From Eledone cirrhosa (taxonomy: Eukaryota), in the NCBI GenBank assembly GCA_964016885.1, contig OZ024741.1, positions 374,170,001-374,234,000 of the forward strand: a DNA stretch of 64,000 nt. Direction: 5' to 3'. Below the pieces are notes generated by a model. The model was given only the letters and a program-made list of their open reading frames with translations. It was not told where the DNA came from and searched no databases. The position numbers and the translations under genes were made by a program. How positions within the stretch are numbered: the first letter of the stretch is position 1; each line of letters opens with the position of its first letter. This document shows, one piece after another, positions 13,587 through 27,059 of this stretch.

Positions 13587-13792
13587 CGAGTGTGAACTAA
13601 AAGATTCATAGGCTGACTATGAAGGATTAATGCTAGAGCTGTGAAACCTTGCATGCATTAATTTCAACTCTTCTTATTTATTACTGCATTGTTTCTTTCC
13701 AAGGACTATGTTGAAAAATACACCTCATTTGGTCATTCCATGAGAGTATCTTGGTATATGAACTTTTCTATGACTTTTTCAGCCGATCCTCG
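13587..13792. mobile_element. Tc1/mariner-type MITE
   Basis: TA|cgagtgtgaactaaaagattcata ... ttttcagccgatcctcg|TA: imperfect TIRs with a TA target duplication. Confidence 0.6.
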
Positions 13793-14254
13793 TACAATCT
13801 AAATTAAATTACAATAATTAAATGGCAATGATTAATAAGTATTTTTCTGTGTTTTTATCGGATGTTAATTAATGTCCATTCTATCTTATTTTCTATTTTC
13901 ACGCATTAAACTGGTCATACTAGTGAGCTTGATTTCTTTCAAATTTCTCGTAAATAAAACCGGTTCAACTAATCGCTTTATTACAAATATATCATAGACG
14001 TCGTAATTCTGAACATTTCCATTAAATCAAATGGGAATGTTTTCAGCAGATCAGATTGTGTGTGTGTGTGTGTGTGCGCGCGCGCGCGCGCGGAGAGAGA
14101 TGGGAGGAGAGAGGCGGAGATGGGAGGAGAGAGGCGGAGATGGGAGGGGGGAAACTACTATGACCTTCTGTCGCGCAGCAAAGTAATTATTCACATAATG
14201 GTTTCTGATTTAGGCAAAGCTAACTTCGGCGGGATTTGAACGCAGAACGTAAAG

Positions 14255-14662
14255 GGACGTAACTATATGCCACAAAGCATGTTATCCCCCGCTCTCCCGA
14301 TATTGCCAATCCACCGCCCTATAATAATAATGGTTTCTGATTTAGGCACAAAGCCAACAATTCTGGGGGAGGGGAAGTCAATTAAATCGATCCCAATACA
14401 TTTCTTGTACTTTATTTTATCAACCCCGTAAGGATGGAAGGTGACCCTCTCCTCTCTAAATTCTCCAGTCTACAGGCGTAGGCCCATTAACTCAGAGTAG
14501 GCCCATTAACTGTCACCTTTCTTTTCAAGTGGAACTTGAAAAGGTTGATAAGAGCTTTGCCGAAGAGGAAAGTGTCTGTCCAGTCATTTTTGCTGCGTCC
14601 ACTACACAACCTATTTTGCTACAGTCAGCAGACAGAGGAAAACTGCCTGTCCTTCCCGGCCA
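14255..14662 (-). repeat. composite Tx1-fragment + SINE-tail + SINE-head segment; inverted copy of 38775-39172
   Basis: Co-linear match including the chimeric junction gagaggagagggtcacc|ttccatcctta. Confidence 0.8.
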
Positions 14663-15797
14663 GGGATTGTGTGTGCGTGTGTGTGGAGAGAGAGAGAGCG
14701 GAGGAGAGACTACTTTAATCTTCTGTCGCGCAGCAAAGTAATTATTCAAATAATGGTTTCTGGTTTAGGCAAAGCTAACTTTGGCGGGATTTGAACGCAG
14801 AATGTAAAGGGACGTAACTATATGCCACAAATCATGTTATCCCACGCTCTACCGATTCTGCCAATCCACTGCCCTTATTACCCAAATAACAAGTTTAGAT
14901 TGATATAGACATACTTTCAAAGTTAACCCCTTTGTTTTCATATATTTAAAGAAACACACAGGATTTGAACTCAGACCATAAAGGGCCGTAACTCTTTACT
15001 GCAAAGCATGGGGTCCGACCCTCTACCGATACTGCCAATCGCTGTAAATAAAATTATGATGGGGAGTCTTAATATACTAGAATTTCTTTTAATACGTGCA
15101 TCAGGCGTAAAGAGAGAGGAGTTGTATGTGGTAGTAATTATTAAAATTAGGTAGGGCGGTGGATTGGCAGTATCGGTAGAGCGTCGGACACCATGCATTG
15201 TGGCATAGAATTACGACCCTTTTACGATCTGTGTTCAAATCCCACCGAGGTTAACTTTGCTTTTCATCCTTACGGGATCGATAAAATAAAGTACCAGTCA
15301 CGCACTGGAGTCGACTTAATCGACTTTCCAGTCTCCCCAAATTACTGGCCTTGTGCCTATAGTAAAGTCCATTTCAGATATGTAGATTTCGACGAAACAA
15401 CCTTTTTTTTTTGCGATGGTACAGTCAAGAAAGTACATAAAATGTTTTAATTATTTTAAAATTCCATAACCAGCTTTGATTTTTGTATTACGCAAACTTA
15501 ATGTTGTGTTTACACAGAAACTCCAATACAAATTAGATGTAGATTGTATTTTCCCATATAAGGATAAAGATTTTGATCTTAACTTTCGGAAAACATGAAA
15601 TGCAATATTGAAACCTTTTAAGCAGGGGATTGCCACATATTTCTTTCATGGCCATACATGTATTTGAGGAACTTTATGGTTATAAAAGGATTACATTATA
15701 AGAGTTTTTAGTGAACAGAACTATGAAGATTATGTAGAAGAAATGTATATATATAAGATATACTCTCTCTCTCTCACACACACACACACATATACAT

Positions 15798-15860
<63 letters not shown>

Positions 15861-15922
15861 TGTGTGCATGCGTGCGTGCGTGCGTGCGTGTGTGCGTGTG
15901 TGTGTGTGTTGTGTGTTGTGTG

Positions 15923-15971
<49 letters not shown>

Positions 15972-18674
15972 CGACATCAGTACAAGTAAAGCAAGCGATA
16001 CAGGAAAGAAGACCAAATTGGTGGCATGAAGCAATGAAAAATATATTATAGATTCTTTTGAAGTTTTATTCATTCAAAGCTAAAGCACATACATGATGAA
16101 ATAAACACTAATGGATACTGAGAAATTTATTTGGAAACAAAACTTAAGATGTTTATCACAAACATCAAATAGTACAGGATTTGAGTCAAATGATTAAGCT
16201 CGTGATTCGAGTTTCTGTTCTACACTAAATTCTTGATCAGTGATTTTCATGCATGTTGTTCCTATTTTATATATACTTATCTTGTAGTTAGTTTCGAATA
16301 CAGAATCTTTATTTCGAACAGAGGACTTCAACATCTTTAACAGCGATAATAGATGTCGACAACAGTCTGAAAATTTTCAGACAGCTGTCTGAAAATTACA
16401 ATTTGTTTAATAATTGTTTCTACTTTTGGCACAAGGCCAACAATTATCCCAGTGTATTACTGGTACTTTAGTTTATCTACCCCGTAAGAATAAAAGGCAA
16501 AGTTAACCTCGGCGGGATTTGAACTCAGATCATAAAGGGAGGTAACTCTATGCTTCAAAGCATGGTGTCCGACCCTCTACCGATACTGCCAATCTACTGT
16601 TTAATAATTGTTTCTACTTTTGGCACAAGGTCAGCAATTGCCCAGTGCATTACTGGTACGTAAGGATGAAAGGGAAAGTTAACCAATCTACTGTTTAATA
16701 AGGACTTCTGATCTAGGCACAAGGACAACAATTTTGTGGAGGGGGGTCGATTAAATCGACTCCGGTGCACTGATGGTGCATTATTTTATCTCCCCCATAA
16801 GGATGAAAGGCGGGATTTGAACACAGAATGTAGAAAGTTGTAACTAAATACAGTTAATAATGGTTTCTGAGTTAGGCACAAGACTAACAATTTAGGGGAG
16901 GGGAAAATTGAGTGAAGGACCGTAACTCTATGCCGCAAAGTATGTTGTCCGACGCTCTACTGATACTGCCAATCCACCGCCCTCAGTTCGTAGAATAATG
17001 CTTCTAAGACATTTCCACACTTTACCGAAGGCAATGCGTGTATGGGCCCGGAACTCCTGCTTCAGTCGTCGGTTCGCCATCCTGACAAAAGCGGCGTGTC
17101 TTGGGCATTTTAAAACTTCAGGGCCCAAATAAGGGGCCTCATAATTTAACTAGCACAGAGCCTCATTTGTCCTAAATCCGGCACTGATGATGTGTGTTCC
17201 TATTGCTCAATCAAAGGAACAGCCTTCTCGTGGAATTATAGAGCAAGTGGCTATGAATTCTACAGACACGTACACCCATAACGTCATTCTCAGCGGGATT
17301 CAGCTTGACACAGGCACAGTCAATATGGTGGACTACCATCTAACCAACTTGATGATTTCGATTCCCGGACTGGGCAATGCTTTATGTCCTTGAGCAAGAC
17401 ACTTTATTTTACGTTGCTCTTTCTGCCAGGAGTTGTGACCAGTAGGTAGTATCAGCAATGGAAAGACTAATGGAAACATTGTTCCCTTGGTCCGATTTGA
17501 CGAGCCCCACCCTACTTAGAAAGCGAATGAGGTGTCGATCGATTTTTAAAAAAAAGAATTGTTGGTTGAAACTAGCAATTTCAAAACACATCACGTGATA
17601 TTATTCCATGGAATGAACTTAATCTATAACTGGCAGAGCCTATTTCTTCCAAGGAAGGAGAGAGAGTGTGTGATAGAAAGGAACTGAAGAAGAGATATTA
17701 GACGAAGAATCGACACAAGTACTAGACTGGGACTTTTTTTATCGACCTCGAAAGCATGAAGAGCAAAGTTGACACAGACTACCAGAACTCTTATCGCAAA
17801 GTATTCTATCAGACATGCTAGAAACTGCTGAATCGACAGCTTTATATCACTATTGAAACATACTAAAATATAATAAGCGTAATCTAAGTCGACAGCCATC
17901 AAAACATTTTCTATTTTGGAAAACTATGCAAATCAAACAGACATGGTTTGTCGATTTATTTAAATTCGGAGAAAATACCATTAGAAGTCAAAACCCCTGG
18001 AGATGAGTTTTGACAACATGGAAATAGTTATTACTTTATGAATTGGCCTAATGACAAGTATATCAACAGTGATATATGAAATGAATTGAATAATAGTTCG
18101 AATTGTTTGTTGCAGCAGTAAACTTCCAAAATAACGGTAACCTGGGGAGTTGATATATCGTAATTCAGAGCTTTTCGTTTCCTAGGAAGATTTTTTTGTG
18201 CATATATTATATAAATAAAAGAGGCTTCTAAAAAAAATAGATACAATATAATGACCGATATTAGGGGTGGGGAAAGCCACAGAAAAGAGTCGTATTTTAT
18301 TTAAATACCATAAAAAAGTGATTTATTTAAAACAATATAAACTTATATCTGTAAGAACATGAAAAAACTACTGAAAATATTTAGATTTCGGTTTAAAACG
18401 TTTTTTCCAAACCAGAAGTGTGATTCTTTTCTGTGAATAATTTTTCATATTCATCTAATGAATACGACTTTATGTGGTTGCAACCTGACCGAATAGTTAA
18501 GAGGTTTGCTTCGCAATCATTAATATTTTTAAATCTAATCTCCCAAATGAGCGACCCACGTAGAAGATAAAGACTGTACAATTTAAGTGTAGTGTAGGAA
18601 GACGTCGACTGTTTCGTCAATGTTCGAGATAAATGGGTTTTTGTTGTTTTTTTTGTGTGACGCTATTGTTGCAG

Positions 18675-18955
18675 TATATGTGTGTGTGTGTATGTGTGTG
18701 TGAGTGCGTGTATATGTATATATATATATATAGGTATGTGTGAGTATGTATCTATATATATATGTGTGTGTGTATGTATATATATGTGTGTGTATGTATA
18801 TGTATATAAATATATATACGTGTGTGTGTATATGTGTATATATATATATGTGTGTGTGTGTGTGTTTATATATATATATATTGATATATATAAACACACA
18901 CACACACATATATATATATCGTATATATATTGATATATATATATATATGGACATA

Positions 18956-19022
<67 letters not shown>

Positions 19023-19060
19023 ATATATATATACATATATATATATTTATATATACATAT
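18675..19060. repeat. (TA)n/(TG)n compound microsatellite
   Basis: Directly visible. Confidence 0.95.
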
Positions 19061-19287
19061 TTTCTTAAATTGAGACAAGCAAACCCTATTGTCTATAGTT
19101 AGTATTCTTTTCACCTTAGTGAATCTGGTCCCTTACGATTTGAACACATATATGTATATATGTGTTCGTTTTTCTTTTATATTCAATTATAATATACGGT
19201 TCGGGAGTATCTCTTTTTTAGAGCTATTTCGTTGTAAGAGACTATTTTGAGTTCCTAACTCAATATATTATACCTTTGATATATACA

Positions 19288-19775
19288 TGTACAGCCACCG
19301 GAAATAACATCTGTGAAATATACAGCACCATCTACCTGTTAGCTAGCTACTTCAACGTGAAACAAAAGAACCCTTAGAACCTACCAGAATAAACGCCTAC
19401 ACATCAAACGATTATTTCTGTATAAATAGAGTGGTTCCAAACACTTCGTCAGTCGACATTTAGTAGAGTCAAATCGCGTATCGGTGTCCCTCGCCTCTGC
19501 CACGCTTTGTCACTCACACACGCCTTGTACCTCGTATCGTCGCTTCATGTGAAAATAAATAGCTGATCGAATTTACATCTCGCCTTGCTTCGTCCTTTCA
19601 ACTTGAGGTTTCGTCTGTCCATCCTCAACAGTTCTTTTAAGGGCTATATGAGACAACAGTCCTTTTAAGGGCTATCTTCAGATCTGATCAGACCGTATGC
19701 GATAACAGTCCTTCTAAGGGCTATTCTCGGATCTGATCAGAAGTAGTGACTAGACTGACTAACCACGTCGCTACA
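19288..19775 (+). repeat. 5' LTR (488 bp)
   Basis: tgtacagc...gtcgctaca; TATA-like tataaata near 19421 and aataaa near 19554. Confidence 0.9.
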
Positions 19776-19777
19776 AT

Positions 19778-19794
19778 TGGTGACCCGAACGTGA
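19778..19794 (+). promoter_or_regulatory. primer binding site, complementary to tRNA-Trp 3' end
   Basis: tggtgacccgaacgtga lies 2 nt after the LTR. It nearly matches the complement of the eukaryotic tRNA-Trp 3' end (TGGTGACCCCGACGTGA). Confidence 0.75.
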
Positions 19795-19834
19795 GCCGAA
19801 CGCGCAAGCAGACAGCACCTAAGAAAATACCAAC

Positions 19835-20197
19835 ATGGACATGCAACCAACGACAGAGGTCGAGATTTCAGAGCTGCGGGCTATGATCAGAGAGCGGGCT
19901 GGTCAAATTAAAGCCCTCTCAAATCAAGTAGAGAACCTGACCTTTCAAACACACCGGCGACGCAGCAACGATCGATCCAGGCCTTTTCACAGTCGAAGAT
20001 CCAGTAGTCCCAGTCAAAATCGTGTGCCTGGCAACCTCTGCTGGTATCACACAAATTTCGGCGCACAGGCATCTAAGTGCAAAGCCCCGTGCTCTTTCCG
20101 GAATGCCACCCAGGGCCTGGCGACGACGTTCACCCCTTGTACTGAAAAGAAAAGTCGTCTATTTTTTATTAACGTCCAGGTGACAGGCATCCTTTAA
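19835..20197 (+). pseudogene. gag: Gag C-terminal portion (N-terminal part apparently deleted)
   Basis: Coiled-coil segment, Arg/Ser-rich linker and CWYHTNFGAQASKCKAPCSF Cys/His motif. Only about 90 codons precede the end of this motif, and the ORF starts 40 bp after the PBS. Confidence 0.7.
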
Positions 20198-23100
20198 CTC
20201 GTGGATACAGGAGCCTAGGTTAGTGTTATTCCTGTTTCACTAATCTCGGGCAAAAGACACCCAACCCCGTCCTTTCTGCAGGCAGTCAACCGATCGTCAA
20301 TTCCCACTTTCGGGGGAAAATCCTTGACCCTCAATTTAGGCCTGAGGCGGCGTTTTCAATGGGTGTTCATCGTGGCAGACCTGCCGACCCCGATCCTAGG
20401 AGCCGATTTACTCCACTACTTCAACCTTCTGGTGGATATGAAGAACCGGAGGCTTATTGACACCACCACAAACCTCACTGTGAGAGGTATATTTACGACG
20501 CAATCCACAGTGAGCCCTGTAATTTGCCCGTCAGAGCCTTCGCGGTACAACGGCATTCTCCAGAAATACCCAGACATCACTCGCCCGGTATTTAAGGATG
20601 GTCCTATTAAGCATAGTGTCACGCACCACATCGAGACAAAGGGACCACCCACAGCTGCCCGACCAAGGAGACTGCCTCCAGACCAATTGAGAATCGCCAA
20701 GCAGGAGTTCCAACACATGCTGGACCTCGGAATCATTCGCCCTTCCTCCAGCAACTGGTCTTCACCCCTACACCTTGTTCCAAAAAAAACGAGAATGATT
20801 GCCGACCATGTGGGAATTATCGTACACTTAACAATTCTACAGTGCCCGATAATTACCCTGTACCTCACCTGCACGATTTTTCTGCCTCTCTGCAAGGCGC
20901 ACGCATCTTTTCCAAGGTAGATTTGGTGCGTGCATATAACCAGATACCTATGGAGCCTGCAGACATTCCGAAGACCGCAATCACAACACCGTTCGGTTTA
21001 TTCGAATTCCTGCGAATGCCGTTCGGTCTGCGCAACGCCGCACAAACTTTTCAGCGGTTTATTGACACCGTGTTACGCGATCTACCCTTCGTATACGCGT
21101 ATATTGACGACGTGCTGGTAGCAAGTACTTCCGAGCAGGAACACGAGAAGCACTTAGATCTCCTTTTCCAACGTTTAGCTGAGTACGGTATTATCATCAA
21201 CCCCAGCAAGTGCCTTCTCGGCGTCCCTTCACTGTCCTTTCTCGGGCACATCATCGATAAAGACGGCATTCGACCACTTCCCGAGAAAGTAGGAGCTATC
21301 CGCAGTTTTCCCGCACCTACATCACTTCGGAAACTGCGTGAATTCCTCGGTCTGGTGAATTTTTATAGGCGGTTCATCTCTCATTGTTCCGACGCAGCCA
21401 GACTCCTCACGGACCTTCTTCGTAACCGGACTCGCAAAAACGAAGAGATCACTCTAAACGAGGAAGAATTAACATCTTTTAACCGCCTGAAGGAAATGTT
21501 GGCAAACGCTTCCATGCTCGTTTTCCCCAGGTCTGGCGCTCCTCTTTCGCTGCTAGTGGACGCATCAGACACGGGGGTTGGAGGCGTTCTACAACAACAT
21601 GTCGTGTCGACGGCGTGTGGCAACCCTTATCCTTCTTTTCTAAGCGGTTGCAACCGGCAGAAACGAAATACAGTACCTTTGGCCGCGAACTCTTGGCAAC
21701 CTATCTTTCGGTTAAACATTTTCGGCACATGCTCGAAGGATCAGATTTCGTGATCTACACGGACCATAAACCATTAATTTATGCGTTCCGTACCAAACCT
21801 GATCGACATTCACCGAGAGAACTCCGACACCTGGATTTTGTCTCCCAATATTCAACTGATATTCGGCATTTCAAGGGATCAGACAACGTAGCAGCCGACG
21901 CCCTGTTCCGAATCCAGCTGAACGCAATACATGTGCATTCAGACATCGACCTTCAACAGATCGCAGCTGACCAAGAGACTGACGAAGAGTTTATCAAACT
22001 CCGAGATTCGCCATCCCTCAAGTTTCAGCAAGTTCCCATTCCTTCTTCTCCCGGACAAATTTGGTGCGACCTTTCTACCGGTCATGAACGACCGTACGTA
22101 CCACAGATGCATCGTCGACAAGTTTGTTCTGCTTTACACTGCTTGTCTCACCCGGGAATCCGGGCTACACAGAAACTCATCTCTGCTCGTTTTGTGTGGA
22201 CTAACATTAACAAGGACGTGCGCGACTGGTCCAGGAGCTGCATTGCCTGCCGCCAGAAAGCCAAAGTCAACAGACACATCAAAACTCCACTCGGCACATT
22301 CGCGCAACTTGATGCACGTTTTCATCATGTGCATATCGACATCGTTGGACCTCTACCACCATCACAGAACTACACACACTTGCTCACCTGCATAGATCGA
22401 TTTTCTCGTTGGCCTGAGGCTTTTCCCATAAATGATACCTCAGCGGAAACAGTCGCTAAAACTTTGGTTTTACACTGGGTATCACGTTATGGCGTCCCAG
22501 CGAAGATAACAACGGACAGAGGACGCCAATTTGACTCCCACCTCTTCAGGGAACTGACTCGCCTGTTAGGATGTAAACACATCCGCACGACAGCTTATCA
22601 CCCGCAAGCTAATGGTCTCGTGGAAAGATTCCATCGTCAATTGAAAGCTGCAATAAAAGCATATCCAGACAAGACCCACTGGTTTGAATACCTACCACTC
22701 ATCCTTCTGGGCATTCGATCCACCGTTAAAGAGGAATTCGGACACACACCTGCAGAATTAGTGTACGGCACCACCCTGGTTCTACCTGGTCAGATGGTTG
22801 CTCCCATCTCTCCTCAGGATGTTCCAGACCCAGGATCATACGTACACCGTCTTCGACAATATATGTCTCACCTTGCTCCTGCAAGCACCCGTCAACAGAA
22901 CACGGCCACACACGTACTTTCAGACATTAAAGATTGGACACACGTTTTCGTTCGAAACGACACCATTTCAGCTCATCTTCGACCTCCATATTCTGCCCTT
23001 ATCGTGTTCTAAAAAAATATCCGAAATATTTTATTCTCGATCTAGATGGTAAACAGAATTCTGTTGCGTGGACAGATTAAAAAAAGCCATACTGTTACAG

Positions 23101-23220
23101 TCTCTACACCAGAAACTCCAACAGATTGCTGTCCCAGCAAGCCACCTGTTTCATCTCCAGTCACGAGAAGCGGACGACGCATCCATTGGCCCGCAAAGTT
23201 GGCACAATATGTGAATTACT
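20198..23220 (+). pseudogene. pol: Pol: aspartic protease, RT, RNase H, integrase; disrupted
   Basis: LVDTGA*VSVIP (protease, stop), [14 protein letters not shown] and YIDDVL (RT), [12 protein letters not shown] and [10 protein letters not shown] (RNase H). [26 protein letters not shown] and NGLVERFH mark the integrase HHCC and DDE. Frameshifts near 20785, 21600 and 22995. Confidence 0.92.
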
Positions 23221-24157
23221 GTTAACCTCAAGTGAGTTTCTTAATCAGTCTTCGTGCAAAACATTTCAATTTTTCTTGTGTTTACTATTTCCAGTTTCAA
23301 ATACAATGAACTTTCTGCTTGAACAATTGCAATTTTTAGTGACCATGTGCTCATGTCACGAAGAACATTATTTATTATGAACATTATTTATTACAAACAC
23401 TATTTAAGAACAAACATTGTGCATATCATTGTGTATAACATTTTTTTTCTTCTCTCTCTTGTTTTGCAAAATTTGTATTTTTCTCGTTCTGTAACATTGA
23501 TTGTGTAATTGCCATAATTTTTATATACATACAAGGCGTGTACATATTCTGTTTTCCATGCACACTACAAAACCACGTTTGTTTCACCTTTTGGTTCATA
23601 CACTGAGCAATAGATATTTGTGTCCCTCTAACTCCTACACTACAAAATGTTTTCTCTTTGATCACGCATTTCACAAATCGCATCCTCAAAACACTGGCCT
23701 TCTTTTTTCACGTACACATTCACTCAATAGCTCGAGAATGCCTCGCTATTTTTTTTTACCACATGCATTCGTTCAAGTCATATGCTGTGGAGCAAACTGT
23801 TACTTTTAGGCAGCATGCTTACGGCCATTCAGTTCACAATTACGGTTATCTTCACTGCCCAGTTAGACTATTTGTCACGCAATTCACAGGCAGCTCAACC
23901 CAAATTGCAACAGGCTCATTCATCACGCCTGCATAAATCTGGTCAAAGTCATTTTATAGTTTATTTCTTTTTTCTCTTCCTGACACACACATCTTGCCAT
24001 ATCATCTCTACATCGACTCTGTCCTGTACTCGATGATCACAAAATTTCACAACGTGCTGGACACTCCTGGGGCTATTGTCATGACAAATGCACCACTGGC
24101 CCATTACTATACGATATTTCGCTCTTTTGTTGTACAAAAGATCTGGCAGGGGGATAA

Positions 24158-24614
24158 TGTACAGCGCCATCTACCTGTTAGCTAGCTACTTCAACGTGAA
24201 ACAAAAGAACCCTTAGAACCTACCAGAATAAACGCCTACACATCAAACAATATTTTCTGTATAAATAGAGTGGTTCCAAACACTTCGTCAGTCGACATTT
24301 GGCAGAGTCAACTCGCGTATCGGTGTCCCTCGCCTCTGCCACGCTTTGTCACTCACACACGCCTTGTACCTCGTATCGTCGCTTCATGTGAAAATAAATA
24401 GCTGATCGAATTTACATCTCGCCTTGCTTCGTCCTTTCAACTTGAGGTTTCGTCTGTCCATCCTCAACAGTTCTTTTAAGGGCTATATGAGACAACAGTC
24501 CTTTTAAGGGCTATCTTCAGATCTGATCAGACCGTATGCGATAACAGTCCTTCTAAGGGCTATTCTCGGATCTGATCAGAAGTAGTGACTAGACTGACTA
24601 ACCACGTCGCTACA
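24158..24614 (+). repeat. 3' LTR (457 bp), preceded by PPT ggcaggggga
   Basis: Direct repeat of the 5' LTR lacking 31 bp near its start. Confidence 0.9.
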
Positions 24615-24681
24615 TACATATATATATATGTATTTATATATATATATTTATATATATATAAATAAATATATATATATATAT

Positions 24682-25665
24682 ATACATTATGAAGAGAGAA
24701 GAAACATTTAGATATAATTAGTAATAAAATGTATCATACCTAAACTGCTCCTAAATTCCTCGACTACGTAGTTTCGTGGCATAAACAAAAACAATATATC
24801 AAAGATATAGAGTCCCTGCGAGGTCTGCCGACTTATCAAGAGGATACCTCATTTTACTAGTCTCAAGAACGCGTCTACACGACGTGAGAAAGAATCCCAA
24901 AAGGCGGAGGGGGAGATAGTCACGCGATATAACGGTCGAGAAACAGAGCTAAGCCTCTTATAACCACGAAGAAAATACCACGGAGGCGGAGGGGGTATTC
25001 ATATCGAGGTGCGAATGCATTCATGTATATATGTGTGTGTCCGCATGTATCTGTGAGTTTCTAAATATATTGTTAATAACTCCCTCTGGTCGAGCAATCT
25101 TTGAAGTGTGGGGACAACTGGAAAGCTTCCATTACTCATACTTCTCGCCTTCTTCACCACCTCTTCTACGGCCTCGATATGAATACCCCCTCCGCCTCCG
25201 TGGTATTTTCTTCGTGGTTATAAGAGGCTTAGCTCTGTTTCTCGACCGTTATATCGCGTGACTATCTCCCCCTCCGCCTTTTGGGATTCTTTCTCACGTC
25301 GTGTAGACGCGTTCTTGAGACTAGTAAAATGAGGTATCCTCTTGATAAGTCGGCAGACCTCGCAGGGACTCTATATCTTTGATATATTGTTTTTGTTTAT
25401 GCCACGAAACTACGTAGTCGAGGAATTTAGGAGCAGTTTAGGTATGATACATTTTATTACTAATTATATCTAAATGTTTCTTCTCTCTTCATAATGTATT
25501 TTTAACTCTGATACTGGTTCAGTCTAGTTCAACTGAATTGGTCTGTCCCAGTCATTCATTGAGCAACATCGGTGAAGTTGGCACCCTTAACTCACAGTTG
25601 GGTGCGGATGCATTCATGTATATATGTGTGTGTCCGCATGTATCTGTGTGTTTCTAAATATATTG

Positions 25666-25668
<3 letters not shown>
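24682..25668. mobile_element. non-coding foldback element, probably a PLE pseudo-LTR remnant
   Basis: 24682-25007 is the reverse complement of about 25174-25499, and 25015-25073 is a direct copy of about 25608-25666. Each arm carries a hammerhead motif. Confidence 0.7.
25337..25424 (+). ncRNA. type I hammerhead ribozyme motif, U3-A8 core variant (inverted copy at 24757-24844, minus)
   Basis: Stem I tcctc/gagga, core TTGATAA, stem II gt(c)ggca...tgccac with long insert, then GAAAC-tacgta-GTC. Confidence 0.7.
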
Positions 25669-25736
<68 letters not shown>

Positions 25737-26280
25737 TATATATATATATTTATATATATATAAATATATATAAATACATATATATATATGTATATATCAA
25801 AGGTATATATATTGAGTTAGGAACCCAATATAGTCTCTTACAACGAAATATTTATATTTATATATATATAAATATATATATATATATGTATATATAAATA
25901 TATATATATATGTATATATAAATATATATTTGTATATATATATGTGTATGTATACATATATATATATAGAAAGATTATATATACATATATATATGTATAT
26001 ATAAATATATATGTATATATATATGTGTATGTATACATATATATATAGAAAGATTATATATACATATATATATGTATATATAAATATATATATATATATG
26101 TATATATATATGTGTATGTATACATATATATATGTATATATAAATATATATATATATGTATATATATATGTGTATGTATACATATATATATAGAAAGATT
26201 ATATATACATATATATATGTATATATAAATATATATATATGTATATATAAATATAAATATATATATGTATATATATGTAG
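25660..26280. repeat. (TA)n-derived compound microsatellite with higher-order repeats
   Basis: Directly visible; gaaagattatatatac recurs three times. Confidence 0.9.
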
Positions 26281-26479
26281 ATAATATTCCCTCTGATAGT
26301 TTGTAAAAATTTTACATAGATCTATATGATATACATACCAACACAAACATATATATCCTAGAAACGATCGTAAAATGATGAATTTTTTAATATAAGGAAC
26401 TGTTTCTTTGTTTTTATTCATTATTTTTATTAATTTATATGTATATATATATATATGTGTGTATATATAACCCCCCCCC

Positions 26480-26564
<85 letters not shown>

Positions 26565-26643
26565 CTCTCTCTCTCAAGAGCGTGAAACTAATAAACCTTT
26601 GTTTGTACTGCCTCTCTGTTTTTGTTCCCATTCCAGTTTTCAC

Positions 26644-26674
<31 letters not shown>

Positions 26675-26716
26675 TGTTTCAACACACGATTTCATATCAA
26701 AAACCTTGCAAAACAA

Positions 26717-26785
<69 letters not shown>

Positions 26786-27059
26786 TCACGTCATTTCTTG
26801 TCTAATCATAGCACATCTTTTAATAACAGCCTCCCACTTAAATCCGAAATAAGACAGAAAATAAATCAAATAAAACCAAGCCAGAAAATATATCATGTAA
26901 ATTCCAGCAGTCGCTTTTTAGTAGGAACGTAGTAAAATATGGAATTAGAGATTTTGAAACCTCGGAATGACCATTGTGCTAAAATTCTTTGTTGCAGATA
27001 ATAACTTTTGGAATTCGGTGGTTAAAGATTTCCATTCCGAAAAATGTTAAGACGCGTAG

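Larger units (their letters stand above)
19288..24614 (+). mobile_element. Gypsy/Ty3 LTR retrotransposon, two LTRs, defective
   Basis: LTRs 19288-19775 and 24158-24614 (TG...CA) with 4-bp TSD TACA (19284-87, 24615-18). PBS and PPT are present, and the domain order is gag-PR-RT-RNaseH-IN. Confidence 0.95.

Noticed and set aside
15743-16073. CV/HT/YI-repeat ORFs here and at 18583-19114, 25572-26932, 42040-43082 and 53331-54696
   Set aside because: Translations of (TG)n, (CA)n and (TA)n microsatellites.
23220-24140. env-like third ORF in the Gypsy element
   Set aside because: Only short, unconvincing ORFs in AT-rich sequence; treated as a long 3' UTR.
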